From: Leucoraja erinacea | Lineage: Eukaryota | Reading direction: 5' to 3' | DNA: 64,000 nucleotides | NCBI RefSeq assembly: GCF_028641065.1 | Contig: NC_073380.1 | Coordinates: forward strand, 16,678,001-16,742,000 | Shown: piece after piece, positions 52,901 to 61,900 of the stretch | Numbering within the stretch: position 1 is the first letter of the stretch | Layout: the number at the start of each line of letters is the position of its first letter | The notes under the pieces: generated by a model | What the model was told of the DNA's origin: nothing | The model's database searches: none | What the model saw: the letters and a program-made list of their open reading frames with translations, nothing else | Translations under genes and position numbers: made by a program

Positions 52901-55900
52901 CTGAGATAAAAGATTAGTCATAACCTTCTAAAATACGAAAAAGGAACAGGTGGACCAAATAATCTACAACTATTTATCTTTCTTGTATTCTTATCCATCA
53001 CCTATGATATAGCAATTCATGATTTCTCTTAGATTTTTCCACTCTCTCCACTTACATTTACCGTTTCACTATTTTTCATGCAGATTTAGCTTCATCTGCT
53101 AGATCAATGTCCCCGTCAAAATTCTCGATCTCATACATTCTCCGCAACATCTTCTAGTCCAGCTTCGCTATCCAACCTCCCATGTGACCTTTCAATTTTG
53201 TCCTACGTATGCTTTCTGCTCACCAGCGAGCATGTCAAAAAGTTCAGCTGATTCCATCTTATTATTTTGAATCCCCTTCTGCATTGTTATCGCTCGCCTC
53301 ATTGGAACCTTGTTACAAATTAGTGCCCATTCTCCCACGTGGGATATTGTTGTATTAAGGATAGAAAAGAAATGCAGTGATAATCATTAGTTTCACTAAC
53401 TGAATTATTCTAAAACTGAACACTAGATGACAGCAAACACAGCAAGTTTCATTCAAACTCACCCAGCCACTTTCCATCTGAAGGGCAGCTCCTATGAAGC
53501 TCATACTTCCATGAACTAAAATCTTTTGAGTCTGTTGGATTTAAAATCATTTACTTAGGTGGATAAATTAAGCACAATTTTACCACATCCTCCTAATTCA
53601 TCCTGCTTTATTTACTCCAATACAGCTTATTGTCTTTTCCGGATCCAGAAAAAGTAACAGAACACTTAGCAGACAAGATACTCCACGATCAATAAAAGAT
53701 GAAATGTATCTATTTGACTACAGCACCATGTGGACCTAGCATCAGTTAGGCAAGAGGACAAAAAGTAACTAACAATCTTCATCTTCAAGGACAATGCACT
53801 GGATCATCAGAAAAAGACATAGGAAAGTCTCTGAAAAAGATAAATAATCCTTGCCCTGAAGGAAATTCACTGCAATATAAAACATCGGATCAACTCATGT
53901 ACCTGGAGAATCTCTCCCTTTGAACAAGTGATCCCATGACAATGAGTTTCAATAACATATGTGCTTTATGGAATGCTTATTCTCCAAATGAATTCCCGAC
54001 AAGACTGGAGTAAATACAAGACTGTAGGGACTGTAAGAACTTCACACAACAATGCCTTCATTTAGGTTACATATACAAATTATTTCAAAAATTCAAAGCC
54101 TTTACATGATCCCAGTGGCACTCCACTGGTTACATCTTACTAACCAGAATAGACTACTAATGCCTACTCACTTTCCTGTTAGCCAGCCAGCTTTCTGTTT
54201 GTGGCAAAATGTTACCTCTTGCACAGCGAGCTTTTATTTTCCATGATAATCATTGATCCAGTGCCTTATCAAATGCCTTTTGAAAATCCAGGTTTAAGAT
54301 ATCTACCAATTCTTCTTTAACTATTACAAATTATCTCTTCAAAGAATGCCAATAAAATGGTCAAACATGATTTCACTTTCATGAAACCATTCGAATTTTC
54401 TTGATTACCGTCAATTTTAACGTGCAGCCAGCAGTATTTAAAAAAAAAGTTTCTAACATTTTGTGCAGTAACATGTTCAGTTAACTGGCATGCAATTTCC
54501 AGCTTTGTCTCCCTTCCCATTTATATAAAGGAACCATGTTCACCTTTCCCCAATCTCATGGAACATTTCTCCAAATCATGGGAATTATGTAAAATTAAAA
54601 CCATGCATCAATGACAACACATGCCACAATTATAACCCCAGGATAGAGTTCGTCAAAACCTGAGGACTTGGCAGCTTCCAATTCCAACAATTTGCTCACT
54701 ACCACTTCCCTGGTGATTGTAATTTTCACTCCGTTCCTTCTTCCCTTCCCAGAAATAAATGTAACAAGGGAATAGATTATCACTTTCATCTTTTATAAAA
54801 GTCCTCCAAAAACCTTTCAGGAAGAAAATCTCATACTGGGTAATGGAGAGATCCAATTAATTATTGGACTATTTAATTGGAAATTACCAAGATTTAAGTA
54901 TATAAAATGAATTGTTAATCAAATCATTGAAATCTTTGAAAATGACTGCAGAAAGAGGAAGATCACAACTATGTATCCATATTGCAATTTGGATGAATAG
55001 CAATTACAACCAGCTAATAAGGCTTAATTTTTGAAAGGATCCAAACTCAAAATTCAGATCTAACAATTCTATGATCATCAGTCACAAAATTGAAAAGACC
55101 AAGTAAATATCTGTAAATAGATACAAAAAACTCAGCGGGTCAGACATCATCCCTGAAGAAAAGGAATAGGTGATGTTTCGGGTCGAGGCCCTTCTTCAGA
55201 CTGAGAGTCAGGGGAAAGGAAAATGAGAGATATAGATGGTGATGTCGAAAGATATAGAACAAATGACAGATATGCAAAAAAGTAACCTTTATCATTGTGA
55301 CCAAGTTTGCGGATGAAAGATAGGTGTGAGGCAGGTGGTGTTGAGGAATCAGGGAAGCTGCAGAGGGACTTGGACAGGTTGGGAGAGTGGGGAAAGTAGC
55401 AAATGGAATATAGCATAGCAAAGTGTACAGTCATGCACTTTGGCAGAAGGAATTAAGGTGTAGATTACTTTCTAAATGTTCAGAGGATTCAGAAATCAGA
55501 GGTGCAAAGAGACTTGGGAGTGCTAGTGCAGGATTCCCAAAGTTAATTTGCAGGCAGCATGTCTGGAGAAAAGGAATAAGTGACAATTTGGGTTGAAACC
55601 CTTCCTCAGACTTCTTCTTCTTCGCGTCCGTTGCAATCTCAGATGTCGTTCTGCCAGTATCTGGCGCAGGTCACAGCTGGTCGGGTTGGTTCAGCCAGGT
55701 CCTGGGGGCTGCATTGGGGGGCGTCGTCACACTCCAGTAGGTGGGACATTGTCTGTACTGCTCCACAGCTGCATGTGTCTTCTGCCTGGTAGTTCCATGC
55801 TTTCATAAGTGCTTTGCACCTCACCTGCTCCACTCGTAATCTGTTGAGGGTCTTCCAGGTTGGCCATGGGAGGTCGTGCCCGCTGGCGAGGCATTCAGTC

Positions 55901-58900
55901 GGAGTGATTCCTCTCTCCATCCAGTCGTGGGCTCGTGTGTTGAGCTGGTTCCATTCATCTTTCCAGATGTTGGTCCTTGCTGTTTCTTTGGTTGTCTGGA
56001 GAGGTGGGACTGTCTGCAAGAAACTGGCTCTAGATTTCAGTCGGGGTGGAGGTGCTGTGTGTCCGTGCAGGGGGTGCCTGGTATCGATCTCCTGTGCTCT
56101 CCGCTCGTCTTGGGCGACGATGGATCGTCTGATATGAGGGGGAGGGGGCAATACCAGCTAGGGCGTAGAGGCACGGGACTGGCGTTGTCTTTATGCATCC
56201 CGTGATAATGCGGCAGGTGTCGTTGAGGGCTGTGTCAACCAGTTTGGTGTGGTGGGAGCAGCTCCAGCTTGAGCACACGTATTCAGCTGTGGAGAAGCAC
56301 AGGGCTAGGGCAGTTGCACGGATGGTTGGTGGATCAGCGCCCCACTTTGAGTTTACCAGTTTGCGCAGGATGTTGTTGCGAGTGTTGACCTTGGCTTTGG
56401 TGTTCTGAAGGTGGGTTTCGAAAGAGACTGAAGCATCATCTATTCTATTGTTATGGAGATGCTGCCTGACCCGCAGAGTTGCTCCAGCAGTTTGTGTATA
56501 TCTTTGGTGTAAACCAGCAACTACAGTTCCTTCCTACACAGGTTAATTTGCAGGTTGAGTCAGCGGTTAAGGAAGAAAAATGCAATGCTAGCATTCAGTT
56601 CAAGGGGACTAGAATATAAAAGCAAGGATGTAATGCTGAGGCTTTATCAGGAGCTGGTAAAGCCACATTTGGAATATTGTGCGCAGTTTTGGGCCCCATA
56701 TCTGAGGAAGGATGTGGAAGCCATCATCGGACACTTTTAATGTGGACATTGATAGATTATTGTTTAGTAAGGGTGTCAAAGGACACGGGGAAAAGGTTGA
56801 GAGGAAAAAATAGATCGACCATGATGGATAGACCCGATAGGAGCAGAATTAGACCATTTAGCCTCTGTCATGTGGTCTTAAATGGGCTTCTAAACCATGA
56901 CCAGTGGTAATTGTTTGACAGGCCTGGCATCGGACCCCTGATATTTGTAACCGAGATAAGAGAAGGCATTTGCATACCAAGGCCGACCCTTCTGTTATCC
57001 CAGACTATATCTAATGTTGTACAGAAAGTGATTCTGGCAAGGTTTACTTTTGGAAAGGTGCCAAAGTGATGGAGGATGAGCATTTTTTTGCTAGAGGAAT
57101 AAAGTCGCAATGTGCAGATAACCAAGATTATTGGGACTTGGGCAAAGCGGATGATAAAGAAGCAAACTCATGACAACAGCAGCAAGGGGTGGGGGTGACC
57201 ATTTAAGTTAAAATAAACCACCTACTTCAGGGAAGATGGATACCTCAAAACTGCCATCCCAAGGTAGTGAACGAAACACTGGATATCTCAATCTTACAGT
57301 TTACACCTGCTTCAGTGTTTGTGCAAGTCTCATTTATACATTCAATTTTGGGTGATGCTAAATCAGTGCAGCACCCTGGTTAGTATCTCTGCAACCTTTG
57401 CACACATGGAAGCTCTTGTATTAACTTCAGCTAGTTTTTTACTGCTAACATCCATTACTCAAGTTTAGCCACTTATAATTTAAATGTAATTTATAATTCT
57501 TAGGTTATATTCCGCATATCAGAGTATTTTTTCTTTATGAGAACTATTTTTTAAATTGTTGTCCCTTTGCATACAAGTGCTCTATGAAGAGAACTGAACT
57601 AGATCAGCTTCCCAATGCAAACAAATCTATGTTCAAAAGCTCGGCAATAACTTTGGATAAATGTTAACATTGACAACATAACATGGGCCACCCTGTCATG
57701 GATCAATTAAAGTACTCACTAATTGATGAAGACTGTTGCAGGTTCTAAATTGACTACTTTAATTGTTTCATTTTACTTTCTTTAATTTAGTAACATTGTA
57801 ATCAATGAGTCAAAAGGAATGAGGAGACCAGGCAAGTAGTGTTGGGAACACTTTGGATCAACTACTGTTTGTCAATTGGCAGAGTAGTATTGAGGAGCTG
57901 ACTAGCTTACTCCTGCTTCTCAAATTCATGAAGAGCATTAGGCATGCATTTCACATTTCAAAAATATATATTTATGGTGGTACAGTTGCACAAGTAATTA
58001 AATACAAGTGAACACTTAATTTATGTGGAGAGAGATAAAGCTTCTTGTCAATGATCATACATCAACTCATTAATCTGAAACTTTACTTGTTTCTTTCTCC
58101 ACTGATATTGCCTGAACTGCTGGGTCTTTTTACTTATTTGAATTCACTTCCTAATAGCCATTCCTTTCATGGTAGTATCAGTTCAGGAACTTGGGGAAAG
58201 ATTCATTGAATTGGAACCATATGATAATGCACAGGGGCAGTTTCAAAGGTATAATTAATTTGCATATTTTTATAGTTCATGGAATGCTCAGCTACTTACG
58301 TTCATATTGTAATTATCTCCCAGAGGCAAAGTATTTGTTTGAAAAAAACAATCATGCAAAAACAGAATCTATTGAGACCAAGTGCACCATTAATTGCATT
58401 CCTAACGGCCATCAACAAGAGTGTGGTGAATATAATCCTGAAACTGCTATAGCCTTTGTATTCTCGAAGTGTTGCCAGATAGAGGATTTCAATTATCACT
58501 ACCTAGCTTTGAAGGATCATCAATACATTTTGAATGCAAGATGATGTGTGGCCTGCGAGTTGCTGGCACATTCGTGCATTTTTTGGGTGGTAGAGATTAG
58601 AAGTTGGGAGGCGTCAATGAAGAAACCTTTGTCCATTATAAATGATACATTTTGTACTAATGGTGGGCCCATGGAATTAATGTTGTCATGGATGTGGATG
58701 GGTGACAAACAGGTAGGTTAGTTTGCACTGGTTGACATGGAGCATCAAGTAATTTGTAGCAATATTCATCCAACGAGAACAGTCTTGAAAGTTCTGGAGG
58801 CATCATGATGGTTAATAAAATGATCTGTAGTATGAAGTTAAGCAAATCAGAAAACTGACATCACAGTGCCATTACCATTGAAAAATGTATTCTGTGGAAA

Positions 58901-61900
58901 TCATTCTCGGTGCTGCAATAGAACTCTGGCACTTCATTATGGATATCAAACTTTTCAATATACCCCCTGAGCGACACCGATTCCTTTCAATAATGAAGGG
59001 TTATCTAATCAATCTGGTATTATCAAAGATTTACAGTAGAGTTTGGCTGTATGCTGAGTATACAAGTATAACTTATCCAATAAAGTCAAAATTTTAAATA
59101 CTCATTTATCTTCAGAATAACATGCACCTGAAGGATAAAAAGACCTTTATCAGCTAAGCTTCGTGATTATTTTTTCTTCAGAGATGGTTAAACACATGAT
59201 TAGAAAAGTCTAAATTTACTAGTTGATGTCAAAGTTTTTCATTAATTTGAATAGAATATAAAATTGATGAGTCTGCAGACAGTTGTTTACTGCATCAAAA
59301 TCAAAGGCCAACGATCGAATACTGAAACAAGAGCTTGTGGACAAAGATGATTAATGGGCACTTTAAATGCCAGCATTTAATTATGTAAAAGACATGCTCA
59401 TTATGGTTTTAAAATTATGCAGGTATGGGAAAACATTAAAATAAACTATACAACCATCATTTATCAGCTTCATTAGTATTAAATAAAATGTTCCAATCTG
59501 TCAGTGAGATAGCATTGGATATTTGTGGGGGGAAAAAAGCAATTTGTTGTTCCAGGACTTAAGAAAATGAGCACAAAACAAGCTCCATCTTCAATTCAAT
59601 TTATTGACACTTCCACGCTGACCAAAAGGTTAGCCTTTTTTTGATTAAATAAAATCATTTTTTCCTACTAAACATCTATTGTTGATTTATTCATAAGTAT
59701 AATGCAAAAGCAAATCTATTAATCACACTGCTTGTAAATTGACTCCCCATTAGCCGATTGCATTTCACCCTTTCATCGTACGATGCATTGCTTTGTTGTG
59801 TCCAAACTCCTTGCCCAAGTTTGGTCCATGATTTCAAATAGCCTGCCCAACAATTTGTGTCTATAGAACAATGGATTAATAGTAAGTAGCCATCTTGTCA
59901 AATGACGAATAAAAGTAATTAGTTCAGCTACTAAAAGTAATTAGTAATTTCTGGCTGTAAGGAGGACAAAGAGTGCACAGCCAATGTTATTCCTCTCTTC
60001 CAAACCTAACTTGCAGTATGACAAATCCCTCCAGTAGGTTCCAATGTGGTGGCAAACAGTACTGTGTCCCTTGATTGTTATTTATAGCTTTCACTTGGAG
60101 AACAGATATTTTCACAAGTATAACATTTGTTCCTTTTCCAGATTCAAATGCTGTGAGCAGCAACTGTTCTTGAAACGGATGCAAAACAAATGCAGGTAGT
60201 TAATAATGTGAAACAGCAGTGCTAGGTTTAAGCATCCCAAATCATTGCCTTTCAAAGATTACTCCGAACGCTGTACCTATGGTATTTTTTCTCTCAGCAA
60301 ACTCAACCCAAGCATTAACCTGCCATGGCTGTTGTCTCCAAATCCACATTTGATGTTTCTGCTTGGTTTTGTGGCTTCCTTCCCATTTTGCAAACACATT
60401 TACGAACTAGATAAAATAAGGATGCAGAGAGAGAGAGAATATAAAAAAGTAGGAAGTGACTGAGGAATATGGGAGGAAACTATTCGAGCAAAAGTAGAAA
60501 TATTAAGAAAATTACGGAGATCTGCCTAATCTTCCTAAAAGATTCAAAATAAGAACTATGTTTAATTCCGATGGCACAAAAATCAAATTGTAATTGTAAT
60601 CAAATGCAAGACATTGGACAGCTCAATAAAATTATAGTGGTTCAATGAATATTAGCCATAACAGTTGTTATAACAAAAGCGATGCAAGATTTGTTAGAGT
60701 TCTTAGAAAAATAACTCCTTCAGCCTAATTTTCCGGAAGTGGCGGCGCTGTTCTGCAGCTGCAGCTCGCCTGCAGTCCGTTTGTCTTCTCTTTTTTTTTG
60801 TTTTCTTTTTGTCCTGTTTTAGTTAATTTTAGTTAATTTAGGTTGTGTATGTGTGGGGGGTGGGAGAAACGTGTTTTTTGTCTCTTCCTTCGGGGGGATG
60901 CGACCTTTTCTTAGAAACATAGAAATTAGGTGCAGGAGTAGGCCATTCGGCCCTTCGAGCCTGCACCGCCATTCAATATGATCGTGGCTGATCATCCAAC
61001 TCAGTATCCCGTACCTGCCTTCTCTCCATACCCCCTGATCCCCTTAGCCACAAGGGCCACATCTAACTCCCTCTTAAATATAGCCAATATAGTCGTATCC
61101 CCCGTCTCCATCTGCGCTGAGGCCTATTGGCGGAGCTGGGGGCCTCCAACTAGGACCGACATCGAGGCTTTGGAGGCAGAGCCAGGAATTTCCAACGCAA
61201 GGCTGGCCGACTTCGGGGCTGTGGTGGCGGTGACCCGACTTCCGACCCGACTTCGGAGGCTCGGCCGCGGGCCCAGTGGATGACATCGTCGGGAGCTCGC
61301 AGGTCCCAGGTTGGTGACCTGTTTTCCGGAGCTCCCGCAATGACAGCTTCGTCCGCTGGACTGGAGGGTGGCAGCTTCGGCAGCTTCGACCGCTCTGGGC
61401 CGCGGAGTTTGAACTGGCCCGTTCGAGGAGCTCGGATGCGGCCGTTGGACTTACCATCACCTGGCGGGGTCACAACATCGGAAGCCTGGATCGCCTCAAC
61501 GGAGAGGGAGAACAAGGAGGGAAGTGACAAAGACTTAAGACTTTTGCCTTCCATCACAGTGAGGAGGACCTGGTGAACTCACTGTGATGTATGTTAAATC
61601 TGTGTTTATTGTGTGTTTTGTTATTTTATTCTATGTTATGACTGCAAGGCACGAAATTTCGTTCAGACTGAAAAGTCTGAATGACAATAAAGGATATTTT
61701 ACTTTACTTTAATTTGGTAGTTTAAATAACTGATGACTCCACACTTTGAATGATTCAAGGTAATACAATCTAACACACACCATTATCATTGAACACGTTT
61801 GAACAATGGCAAATGCTCACTTTTAGCAAAAAACAGACTCCTGGAGGAAGTCAGCAGGTCAGGCACCACCTGTCAATGAAATGGTCCGCGACATTTTGGG

